NCBI GenBank assembly: GCA_045537795.1 | Contig: JAZSQE010000033.1 | Coordinates: 17,469 to 81,468 of the forward strand | Reading direction: 5' to 3' | Length of the DNA stretch: 64,000 nt | Origin: Kiritimatiellia bacterium | GTDB taxonomy: Bacteria; Verrucomicrobiota; Kiritimatiellia; RFP12; UBA1067 | Shown here: piece by piece, positions 8,275 through 16,448 of the stretch | Layout: each line of letters opens with the position of its first letter | Position numbering within the stretch: position 1 is the stretch's first letter | The notes under the pieces: model-generated | Told to the model about the DNA's origin: nothing | The model's database searches: none | The model's input: only the letters and a program-made list of their open reading frames with translations | Program-made: the position numbers and the translations under genes

Positions 8275-8306
8275 ATTTTAAGTAAGATTGAGAAGGAGAA
8301 CGAAAT
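8275..8306. repeat. 32-nt direct repeat, copy B (solo copy of the methyltransferase leader)
   Basis: attttaagtaagattgagaaggagaacgaaat matches 3546-3577 at 29/32. Here ATC follows instead of ATG and there is no methyltransferase sequence. Confidence 0.8.
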
Positions 8307-8482
8307 CTTAGAACACGCCTTCTTCGCGTTCCTTGACATCGCCGCTCTTCCACGCCGAATCCGGGATCAAAAGGTCGTCGTCGAGCTTAACGCCCGAGGC
8401 GACAAGTTTAGAGCGGAGCGCCGCAGAAAAATCCCTTCTGCCGAAATCCATCTGAATCTTCCTTTTTCGATCCGGTCAGCCG

Positions 8483-9784
8483 CTACGGTTCCAGGAGAAT
8501 CCGGCGGAGTTTTTCGATATCCGCGTCGGTAAAGCCGCAGTCGCGAAAATAAGCCTCAGCCTTCTCGCGCGTCGTTTCACCGGGATAGCGCCCAAGAACA
8601 TCGTTGTAAAGCTGGAGAAAAAGATCCTTGTGGCAGAACCAGTTCCCGGGATTTGTAAACCCGGAACATTCCCAATCGCGGTAAAGCTCCTCGTCGTCGA
8701 CACCCAATACCGCTTCGATGATAAACGCGAGAGAGCCAGTGCGATCCTGGCCGCCGATGCAATGAAACACGATCGGATAATTGGACTCATCGAGAAAAAC
8801 ATCGAGACATGCCTTTGTCATCTTCATTCCGCGAGGCCTGCCGAAGCCGGAATATGCGGACGATGGCGAATGGATCCACTTCACGCGGTCCCCGAGGGGC
8901 GACTGGCTCATACCGGCGATCTCACCGTCATTGCGCAGATCGAGATCGGTTCGGATACCGAGAGTGTCGAGCATAATCGCGCGGGACTCGTCGCTCAGGC
9001 GCTCCCTGCCTCGCGCATTTGCAATCGGTACGCGATGCCAGTCGTTCGACGGCCATGAGCCTGAATATATCTTGGCCATGTGCTTCGCCTGCCAAGGAGC
9101 GCGGTTGGTCAGCGTTCCTGCGGCGAATTCAGCCCTGCATTCCGCCCATGTGAGAAAATCGATGTCTTCGGGATTGTTATTGAGACCCGCCGAACGGTAT
9201 ACGAGCCCCTGACGAATGCGCCGGGAGTTCATCGCGACGCGGCCTCCGATATCGCGGACGTTAGGGACGCCGGGAACGCGAATTAGACGAGGGGCTGTCG
9301 CGTCGGTTTCAAAATCGCGCACGGCTCTCGCGACCGTCCTACCGCCTACGACGGCAGAAACGATGACGCGATATTTCTCGCCGATCATGAGATTATCGAA
9401 GAACGCGTAAGGCTCGCGGGCGTCGACAACGCGCACGGCGCGATCTTCCCCGACTCCGACATGGCGAAGTTCGACTGAAAAGACAGGCGCAATGCCGCCC
9501 TTCTCGCCTGTCCACCGCCAGGAAACGAGAACCGGCTGCGGCTCGTTTTTGTCGAGCGCCAGCTGAGCGCGCTCACCCGCGTCGACGAACTTCTCAACCC
9601 TCTCTTCACGGGGCAGCTTAAGATATTCAAGCTGACGCTTCGAAAGGAGTTTCACCTTCTCTTCTCCGCCTTCAGGCTGAAGAATCTCAAGACTCGGCGA
9701 AGCCGAAGCCGCCAAGACGCCCATTCCTACAACGCCCGCCAGAAACAAACCTAAACTAAAACGCATTATTTTACCGCCTTTCAC
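8483..9784 (-). CDS. Secreted protein-tyrosine-phosphatase-like protein (CX5R P-loop; Y_phosphatase3-like)
   Basis: IVFHCIGGQDRTGSLAF carries HCxxGxxR(T). N-terminal signal peptide (MRFSLGLFLAGVVGMGVLAASA). The start is either GTG 9784 (GTGA overlap with the upstream stop) or ATG 9766. Confidence 0.65.
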   Translation of the reverse strand: MKGGKIMRFSLGLFLAGVVGMGVLAASASPSLEILQPEGGEEKVKLLSKRQLEYLKLPREERVEKFVDAGERAQLALDKNEPQPVLVSWRWTGEKGGIAPVFSVELRHVGVGEDRAVRVVDAREPYAFFDNLMIGEKYRVIVSAVVGGRTVARAVRDFETDATAPRLIRVPGVPNVRDIGGRVAMNSRRIRQGLVYRSAGLNNNPEDIDFLTWAECRAEFAAGTLTNRAPWQAKHMAKIYSGSWPSNDWHRVPIANARGRERLSDESRAIMLDTLGIRTDLDLRNDGEIAGMSQSPLGDRVKWIHSPSSAYSGFGRPRGMKMTKACLDVFLDESNYPIVFHCIGGQDRTGSLAFIIEAVLGVDDEELYRDWECSGFTNPGNWFCHKDLFLQLYNDVLGRYPGETTREKAEAYFRDCGFTDADIEKLRRILLEP

Positions 9785-12700
9785 TTTTCGGGATTCTCAG
9801 AGGAAAGCAAACCGAATATAAACATGGTATTGGCCATATTGTTTACGGTAGGCTCGTCCATCGCTATGGCAAAATGGACATCGGAATGCTGATATAAAAG
9901 AGCGAAGCGCTCGGCGCACCTCGGATACGCCGTATCGCGATAGGAATATCCGGCGAAGTTCTTGTTGGGCCCCTGCTCCTGGATTCCTTCGGCGGGAAGA
10001 CCTTCGGGGCGGTAGCGGCTATTGTGCAGCGGGCAGCGCACCGTGCGCGATCCAAGAGCGGTAATCCAGCTCAAACCCATCGGATTTGCGCCGAGCGTAT
10101 TGTCGCAGGTGCGAACGAGCCAGTCGCGCCACCTGTTCTCACCAGTAAGTTTCCAGAGATACGCCGCAGGCACGGCGTAATTCTCGTACGCGCCCGTACC
10201 CCATGTGATCGGCGCGTAGGGATGACGCAGAAACTTGTAGGCCATCTGCTCGGAGCCGCGCACGTACATTTCGCCCTCCTTGCGTATCGAACCGAGAACC
10301 GCGTCCCATACCGCGGCATCGGCCTTCTCGCGCGGAATCATCACGTACGCGTATGCGGCGAGCTGCAGGTTGAAGTAACCGTGGCTCATAAGTTCGGTTT
10401 CCGGCTTCTCGCGCCACGGCGTTGAAGCGATAAAATCGTCGTGGTACCTTTTTTCCCATGTCGTATGGTAGAGCTGCGCAGCCGCGTACGCTCTGAGCGC
10501 AAGATGATATTCACCCCAATCAGAAAGATCCTTCATGCCTTTGACTGGGTTCTTCACGGCCCACTCGTAAGCGCGGCGCGAGCGAAGAAGAAGCTCCTTC
10601 GAGCGCTTCGTCTTTCCACACTTTTCCAAAATACGCGACAACTGCGCGAAAACACCAGATGCAAGATACGACCCCTTCACGTCCTTGGCCCAGGCGTAGT
10701 CGCCCTTATCGTCAAGCTCGACCGTCTGGATAAAGTTGGGATCTCCCTGAGATTCCGTTCCGTTTCTGACGCCCCCGTCCGAATCCTGAAGGCCCTCCCA
10801 GAGCCTTACGGCCCAAATCGCCTCATCGACTATATCGGGAATTCCGTTGCCTCGCTCCGGAACGGAAAGCTGAGAATCTGTGAAATTTTCGGGCGAGAGC
10901 TCATACGCGTTCAAAAGCGCCTGGGCAACATCGATATGCGAGCGCGGATTGTAGTCGCCCGCGTCGTGATGGCCGCCCGTAATATGAAGACGATGAGGAA
11001 TCTTCTCTGGCACGGACGATGCGAGGTCTTTAAGCTCGCTCATATCGAGCGCTCGGTTAAATAGCATAGGGTCCGCCGTGTATAATCCCTCGGCCGCGCC
11101 CGAAGCCTTGGCGAATTCAATCTTCTGGGGCTTCGTCAGATCGACGCTCGCGGTCATGCCGCCCCAGCGCTGTCCGTCGTAAAACACGTCGACGGGATGT
11201 TTTTTGCCGGCGTCGGCGGGAGAAATCCGCACGACGACGCGATGCCATTTCTTGTCGTTAATCCGCCGAGAAAACTTCGGATGAAATTTAACAACGCCCC
11301 AGTTCACCCAAATCGCGAAAAGATTCCTGCCTTCCCCGATGCCGAAGAGCCGTCCGCCCCAATTGTTCCCTGCGAGAGAATCGTCGCGGCGCACCATGAA
11401 CGAAAACGTCAGACCCTTATCAGGATCGAACGCGATCGGAGATGTTTCAACGCCGTTGTTTATCTGATCATCACCGCAGGCAAAAACCTCTTTGAACGCC
11501 GCGTCGGAAACACGTTTCGTTTTGCCGACGATTTTAAACTCCGGCTTTAGGCGCGACGAATCGTTTTCGACCGCCTCGCGGCGCCGCCTGACCAAAGGAT
11601 AATCCGGATTCGGATCCATCTCCATATTATCGGTAAAATCTCCCCACTCACCCGCCGAGTGACGCTGGACAGTCGTTGTTATTACACCTTTATTATGGCA
11701 GGCTATTCGCTTCCAGCCGCCCGAAAGTTTGGGATCGATCTCGCAGCCGCAGCGCTGTAGGTAAATACCGCGCGCCTGGGCGAGAAACGCCTTTTTATAG
11801 ACATCAGATGAAATCTCAAACGGCAGGGATCTGCCGACGCCGTCAACTGAAAGAACATAAACACCGGGGTTTTTAAACTCCGTAAAATCTGCCTCGTAAA
11901 CATTCTCCGCCGAATGATTGGCTTTCCCGTCCATATCTAAACCGTTATGCACGAGCTTAAGCGCACCTTCAAAAACCCTCCTCCCGCTCGCTGCTTCCAA
12001 AAGCGCGAACGTGTGATCGCCGCGAAGTCTGAGAGCGTAAGGCGCGAGCGAATCGTAATCGTTTTCACGCGACGTTGGAGCCGCTGCCGTCGCAATCTTC
12101 TCTTTCTCGGCCTCCGCCGCCTTCTCCGCCGCTATTCTCGCGTTTTCGCGCTCCTCCTGAGTGCCCTTTCCCGCTTCGGCGTAGTAGGCCTCTTTTGAAA
12201 AATTCGTCGCGTCATCTCCCTTCGATTCAGAGGACACTACACCAGAGTCAGGCATTGACCCGAGCCAGCGCCCCACGTAGGCGACTTTCAGCGCGTCGGG
12301 CAGATATCCCACCTGATTGACCTTAATCGACTGCGAAAGCGACTTTGCGGGATCGAACCGCATCGAGGCTGAACGGGCTCCTGCGCACACGCCGGGCGAA
12401 ACTTCAACGACGACGTCATCGCCCTTTTTGAATTCCCCGCCGAGATCAAGAAAGATCGAATGCTCCAGATAGCCCTTGAACGGCCATCCCGTAGGTTGGT
12501 AGCACTCAAGCCGAGTACGGCGGCCGAGCGCGAGAATCTTTCGCTCTTCACCATTTACCAAGACCTTCCAGTTCGAAAGTCTCAAACCGCCGTCCGGGGA
12601 ATAACCGTGACCGAATTCGCAGAGCACCTTGCCGTCGCCGACGGACGAAATCCGCCTTAACCCCGTCATTCTCGCGGCAATCCTGTCGCCGTCATCGCCC

Positions 12701-13197
12701 GCGTCCGGCTTTTCTCCATAAACGAACGACGCGGCGCAAAGTCCCGCCGTAACCATGGTTCCGCCCTCACCCTGCGCGATGACATGATAACGCACGCCCT
12801 TTTTAAGCGGATAAGGCAGCTCAAGGGTAACCTCGGAACGGGTGAGCGACGTCGCGGCGCCCTTCGTTCTCACGCCTCCAGGAATGTCGAATTCATTCTT
12901 GGACGGTTTCGCGAGCAGAACCTTCGTAGGAGTGACGAACTTATGGTATGCGTAATTCGCGTCGCCGTCGCCGATTATGCGATACGATTTAGGCTGCGAG
13001 CGAACATGGGTAACCGAGCTTCCGATCACAATTCGGACAGTCTTCTCGTCCAGCGCGCGCGCGCTTCGTACACCGTACACGCGCATAACATCGCGTTTGA
13101 TATCGGGAACATCCGTAAAATCACGGGCGAATGCCACGCCCGACAGAAAAACGCCGAACGTGAAAACTCCAACCATTGACGAATACGATAATTTCAT
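9781..13197 (-). CDS. Glycoside hydrolase family 9 enzyme with N-terminal Ig-like domain and an inserted LamG/ConA-like domain
   Basis: IKVNQVGYLPD (CelD-type Ig domain). ITGGHHDAGDYNPRSH (GH9 DAGD motif). A C-terminal AMDEPTVNN region. Insert LTFSFMVRRDD...FAIWVNWGVVKF...KKWHRVVVRI looks LamG-like. Signal peptide present. ATGA overlap at 13194-13197. Confidence 0.7.
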   Translation of the reverse strand: MKLSYSSMVGVFTFGVFLSGVAFARDFTDVPDIKRDVMRVYGVRSARALDEKTVRIVIGSSVTHVRSQPKSYRIIGDGDANYAYHKFVTPTKVLLAKPSKNEFDIPGGVRTKGAATSLTRSEVTLELPYPLKKGVRYHVIAQGEGGTMVTAGLCAASFVYGEKPDAGDDGDRIAARMTGLRRISSVGDGKVLCEFGHGYSPDGGLRLSNWKVLVNGEERKILALGRRTRLECYQPTGWPFKGYLEHSIFLDLGGEFKKGDDVVVEVSPGVCAGARSASMRFDPAKSLSQSIKVNQVGYLPDALKVAYVGRWLGSMPDSGVVSSESKGDDATNFSKEAYYAEAGKGTQEERENARIAAEKAAEAEKEKIATAAAPTSRENDYDSLAPYALRLRGDHTFALLEAASGRRVFEGALKLVHNGLDMDGKANHSAENVYEADFTEFKNPGVYVLSVDGVGRSLPFEISSDVYKKAFLAQARGIYLQRCGCEIDPKLSGGWKRIACHNKGVITTTVQRHSAGEWGDFTDNMEMDPNPDYPLVRRRREAVENDSSRLKPEFKIVGKTKRVSDAAFKEVFACGDDQINNGVETSPIAFDPDKGLTFSFMVRRDDSLAGNNWGGRLFGIGEGRNLFAIWVNWGVVKFHPKFSRRINDKKWHRVVVRISPADAGKKHPVDVFYDGQRWGGMTASVDLTKPQKIEFAKASGAAEGLYTADPMLFNRALDMSELKDLASSVPEKIPHRLHITGGHHDAGDYNPRSHIDVAQALLNAYELSPENFTDSQLSVPERGNGIPDIVDEAIWAVRLWEGLQDSDGGVRNGTESQGDPNFIQTVELDDKGDYAWAKDVKGSYLASGVFAQLSRILEKCGKTKRSKELLLRSRRAYEWAVKNPVKGMKDLSDWGEYHLALRAYAAAQLYHTTWEKRYHDDFIASTPWREKPETELMSHGYFNLQLAAYAYVMIPREKADAAVWDAVLGSIRKEGEMYVRGSEQMAYKFLRHPYAPITWGTGAYENYAVPAAYLWKLTGENRWRDWLVRTCDNTLGANPMGLSWITALGSRTVRCPLHNSRYRPEGLPAEGIQEQGPNKNFAGYSYRDTAYPRCAERFALLYQHSDVHFAIAMDEPTVNNMANTMFIFGLLSSENPEK

Positions 13198-14813
13198 TTT
13201 ACTTCCACCTTAAACGGTTTATCAGACAAAACTTTAATGACGGACTTTTCAGACGGCGAAGAGCGCTTCTCGCATATAAGCGAAACGACATTCCCGTCTG
13301 GAAGAGTCAGATTCTCGATTCCGTGCCGCTCAAGGAGTCTCACGCGCCAGACGACCTTCCCCGGAGTAAACTCCATGCCGAACACGTCGCGCACGAGCAT
13401 CGCAATCGGCGTCACACCGGAAAAGCCGACAAAATCGCGGCGGACGCTCTGTCCGTAAAGCTTGCCGTGAGTAACCTTCTCCGGGTCGTAGCTCTCCCAG
13501 ACAGTCCCCGTATCGGCATACACCTTGGCAACAGCGCAAACATGGCGCATCGCAAGATTGTGGGCCTCTTCATATAAACCGCATTCAGCGAGCCCGCGCA
13601 CGATCGCCCAGTCGGTGATGCACCAGACTCCGCCGCGCCAGTAATTGCCGCCGTCGCGTTCATAGCCATCCTCACCCTTAACGAGCGAGCGCGTACCGCA
13701 AGGTGCGGCGAACGTCGCGCCGTCAGCGAGCGAGAGAGCGAGACGGCGCGCCCTTTCCGGCGGAGCGACGCGGGCGAGAAGCGCCCAAAAGCCGCCGATA
13801 TGACGCACAGGAACGCGATTGCCTTCGCGGTCCAAATCGTGATAAAGGCCGGTCGCTTCGTCCCACATTTTTTCATTGACGGTTTTCTCAAGCGCGGTGA
13901 TTTCGTCTTCAAGACTTTTATCCCGCTTGATCCCGGACAAGTCGGCGATCGCGAGCAGGTTTTTCGCATTGAAAATCTGCTGCATCGTCACGTCGACGAA
14001 CGAAATGAATCCGTGATGGAATTCGGCGGAATACTTAGTCGTGTCCATGCGGGGGATATTATCCATCCCACATCCCCAGCCCGACGAAAAATAAGTGCCG
14101 TCCTTCCATGTGCGGTTTTTGCGCATCCAATCATGATAGGCCATAAGTACGGGATAGACGCGCTTTAAACGCTCCTTGTCACCGCTGAATCGATACCACT
14201 CAAGTTCGGCCCACGCGAAAATATTGCCGCCGACCGAAGATAGGTCGTTGCGTTCAAACTGGCTTCGCCCATCGTAGATCCCCAGTTGCCTCGGTATGAA
14301 TCCGTCGGGAGTCTGAGCAGCGTAGAAGTTATCAAGCTGCTCGATGAACGGAAACACGTTCGAAGCGTATTGCCCGAACATCGTAATGAACGAGCTGCCC
14401 CAGACGAAGACGCTTTTACCGAACGGGGTATAAACGAAATTCCGTTTGAAATTCGTATTCGCCTCCGGCTTGTGCAGTTTGGCGCCAACCATCTCCCACG
14501 AATTCGAAAACGCGGCGACCTCATTTGGATGGCCGTCCCATATCGCTCTCGGCACGGCGCTGCGCCATAAATTGGCGGACGGCAATGGACGATTGTCGAC
14601 GCACTCTGAGATAAACGTATTTTCTTTCACTCTCGCGTCGCGAGCATAAGTGCCAAAATAATAGTCCTTGCGCGAGGCAGGGTCTTCGGCGGCGGGTGTC
14701 GTGTGGCCGTTGCCGCTCGTACCTATAAAAGGGACTACGTATTCGACGGCACGGGCGGCAGACATTTCGAATGCCGCCATAGATCCGAACATAAGAAAGA
14801 ATAACTTTTTCAT
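13194..14813 (-). CDS. GH63-like / MGH1-like (alpha/alpha)6-barrel glycoside hydrolase
   Basis: SSGWGCGMDNIPR and GGNYWRGGVWCITDWAIVRGLAECG resemble the GH63/mannosylglycerate-hydrolase-like motifs (GMDNSPR, YWRGPVW). Signal peptide MKKLFFLMFGSMAAFEMSAA. Confidence 0.6.
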   Translation of the reverse strand: MKKLFFLMFGSMAAFEMSAARAVEYVVPFIGTSGNGHTTPAAEDPASRKDYYFGTYARDARVKENTFISECVDNRPLPSANLWRSAVPRAIWDGHPNEVAAFSNSWEMVGAKLHKPEANTNFKRNFVYTPFGKSVFVWGSSFITMFGQYASNVFPFIEQLDNFYAAQTPDGFIPRQLGIYDGRSQFERNDLSSVGGNIFAWAELEWYRFSGDKERLKRVYPVLMAYHDWMRKNRTWKDGTYFSSGWGCGMDNIPRMDTTKYSAEFHHGFISFVDVTMQQIFNAKNLLAIADLSGIKRDKSLEDEITALEKTVNEKMWDEATGLYHDLDREGNRVPVRHIGGFWALLARVAPPERARRLALSLADGATFAAPCGTRSLVKGEDGYERDGGNYWRGGVWCITDWAIVRGLAECGLYEEAHNLAMRHVCAVAKVYADTGTVWESYDPEKVTHGKLYGQSVRRDFVGFSGVTPIAMLVRDVFGMEFTPGKVVWRVRLLERHGIENLTLPDGNVVSLICEKRSSPSEKSVIKVLSDKPFKVEVK

Positions 14814-14855
14814 AACAGCTTCACTCTATACTATCGCGCGGAAAGAATCTGCACG

Positions 14856-16448
14856 TTACAACGATATCGTCTGATTGCGCAGGGCGTTCTTGAACTCGTC
14901 AAACCTAAAAAAGCGCACAGGAACTTCGCCCTGGTAAAGCGTTCGAGGTGAATCAAACCGGAATTTACCCTCGGCGATGTAATCCATCAGTTCTCTCACC
15001 CTTGCGTTCGCCATATAAAGCGGCAGGCGGCGCGTCCGCCCGTCATCATACGAGACAATCAGAATATCGAGAGGCGAAACCTCAAGCGTCGCTGCCCCGC
15101 GCAACGATTTAACGACAGCTCCCGCCGCCGTCTCTATGCGCCAGCGGGCGTTCGTCGAGCGGGGGTCTTCTATAATAAGACGTGTCGTTACGGGTTTAGG
15201 CGGAACGCTCGCGCGATCAAGCCATGCGGGATTGGTAAGAGCGGATGTTTTTACCGCCTGCTGAGGCCCCGAGTGAGGATCGGCAACACCTTCACCGAAT
15301 GCCCGCGCGACAAACCAGCTGTCGCGCTCACGACTTGGGAATTCAAATTCATAAGTCCCTTCCTTGACATTCGTCTTAACCGCACGCACCTCACCGCCGC
15401 GGCCGAGAATTTCCACGAGCGCGAGCTCGCTCTCGCCGGCCGCAGGAGCGGCATACACCGTTACGGATATCTTGCCGCCCTTCTCCTCAAGCTTCAGGAT
15501 CCGCAGATCGGGTCCCGACGACATGACGACATTGAACGATCTTACAGCCGACTTGATTTCGGCCACGCTCGGCGCATGATCGCACGACAAAATGTAATTG
15601 AGAAGCCGCTCATCCTTCTTTCCGATTATACCGTGGGCAGGCGAAGAATCCTGTTCCGCAAGCCCCGGTACGCGATATCCCATGTCGAGAATCGCAAACC
15701 AGAGATTCTGATAATCGCGGTGATACGCGTCATAGCCCATTACCGTAAGCCCGTCTAAACCGCCGTCGGCAAAAAGCTGAACGGGCATATCGGCGGCGAT
15801 ATTGGTCACGAACGGCCCTTTAGGATCACCGTCTTTGGTCCACCAGCTCGTCGGATGGGCCCAGATAGCCAAAGCGCCCGCCTTGCGCTGTTCGGCGACG
15901 ACCTCGCCGTAGCTGCGTCGGATATGAGCCTTTCCGGTCAGAGTATTGATATCGCACGTGGGGTCGTCCAACTCGTCATCCGTGAACGCGGTGCGCCTAT
16001 CCTGGCTGTAATCGTGCCATCCGGAAACGATCGGACTGTAGCCGAGATACCAGATGTGGCCGTAGCGGTTTTTGGGCGTTTCGTTATCGAGAAAAAACGT
16101 CGTCCCTGAACATTCGTTCGAAACGGTCGCGAGCATTGCGCATAAATCCGCCTTATCCACAAAATCCTCTTCCTTAAACTCGCCCGCGTAATAACGGTGG
16201 CGATCCTGACGCTCGCAGCGGATCATCCTCGACGCCTGAAGCGGCGTCCACGGCGAACCGATGCCGAACGCCTTTACGTCGTGCTTGCGAACCCACCGGA
16301 CGAGATTCGAAACCGATGTTTCGAACGGCACGTTCCTTTTGCGGCACATGTGGGAATGCGCGGCGAATGCGACGCGCGGCGACGGCGCTTCGGCAAAAGC
16401 CGCAGTCGAGAATAAAACGGCTGTACCGATCAGCAGAATCCTTTTCAT
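14856..16448 (-). CDS. Secreted PHP/CehA-McbA-like metallohydrolase-domain protein (tentative)
   Basis: Signal peptide. The AAHSHMC (HxH), YGHIWYLGY and AIWAHPTSWW pattern is reminiscent of PHP-type metal sites. ATGA overlap with the upstream stop at 16445-16448. The function call is weak. Confidence 0.4.
   Translation of the reverse strand: MKRILLIGTAVLFSTAAFAEAPSPRVAFAAHSHMCRKRNVPFETSVSNLVRWVRKHDVKAFGIGSPWTPLQASRMIRCERQDRHRYYAGEFKEEDFVDKADLCAMLATVSNECSGTTFFLDNETPKNRYGHIWYLGYSPIVSGWHDYSQDRRTAFTDDELDDPTCDINTLTGKAHIRRSYGEVVAEQRKAGALAIWAHPTSWWTKDGDPKGPFVTNIAADMPVQLFADGGLDGLTVMGYDAYHRDYQNLWFAILDMGYRVPGLAEQDSSPAHGIIGKKDERLLNYILSCDHAPSVAEIKSAVRSFNVVMSSGPDLRILKLEEKGGKISVTVYAAPAAGESELALVEILGRGGEVRAVKTNVKEGTYEFEFPSRERDSWFVARAFGEGVADPHSGPQQAVKTSALTNPAWLDRASVPPKPVTTRLIIEDPRSTNARWRIETAAGAVVKSLRGAATLEVSPLDILIVSYDDGRTRRLPLYMANARVRELMDYIAEGKFRFDSPRTLYQGEVPVRFFRFDEFKNALRNQTISL

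Noticed and set aside
1-8480. Left-hand accessory block as a classical mobile element (IS, transposon, prophage, ICE)
   Set aside because: No transposase, integrase, recombinase, terminal inverted repeats or phage genes are visible in the window. Only indirect signs of rearrangement are present (the 32-nt direct repeat, truncated genes, lower GC). The left boundary is outside the window.
8122-8532. 136-aa plus-strand ORF as a confident gene
   Set aside because: It has a TTG start without an SD. Its 3' 50 nt overlap the phosphatase gene on the other strand. It also reads straight through the 32-nt repeat copy B. At most its first ~60 codons (two hydrophobic helices) might be real, so it is kept only as a question in the findings.
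16153-16161. Perfect DnaA-box 9-mer TTATCCACA
   Set aside because: It is a single copy inside a coding region of the glycan cluster. There is no cluster of boxes, no AT-rich unwinding element, and no dnaA or dnaN nearby. A chance occurrence is the simplest explanation.
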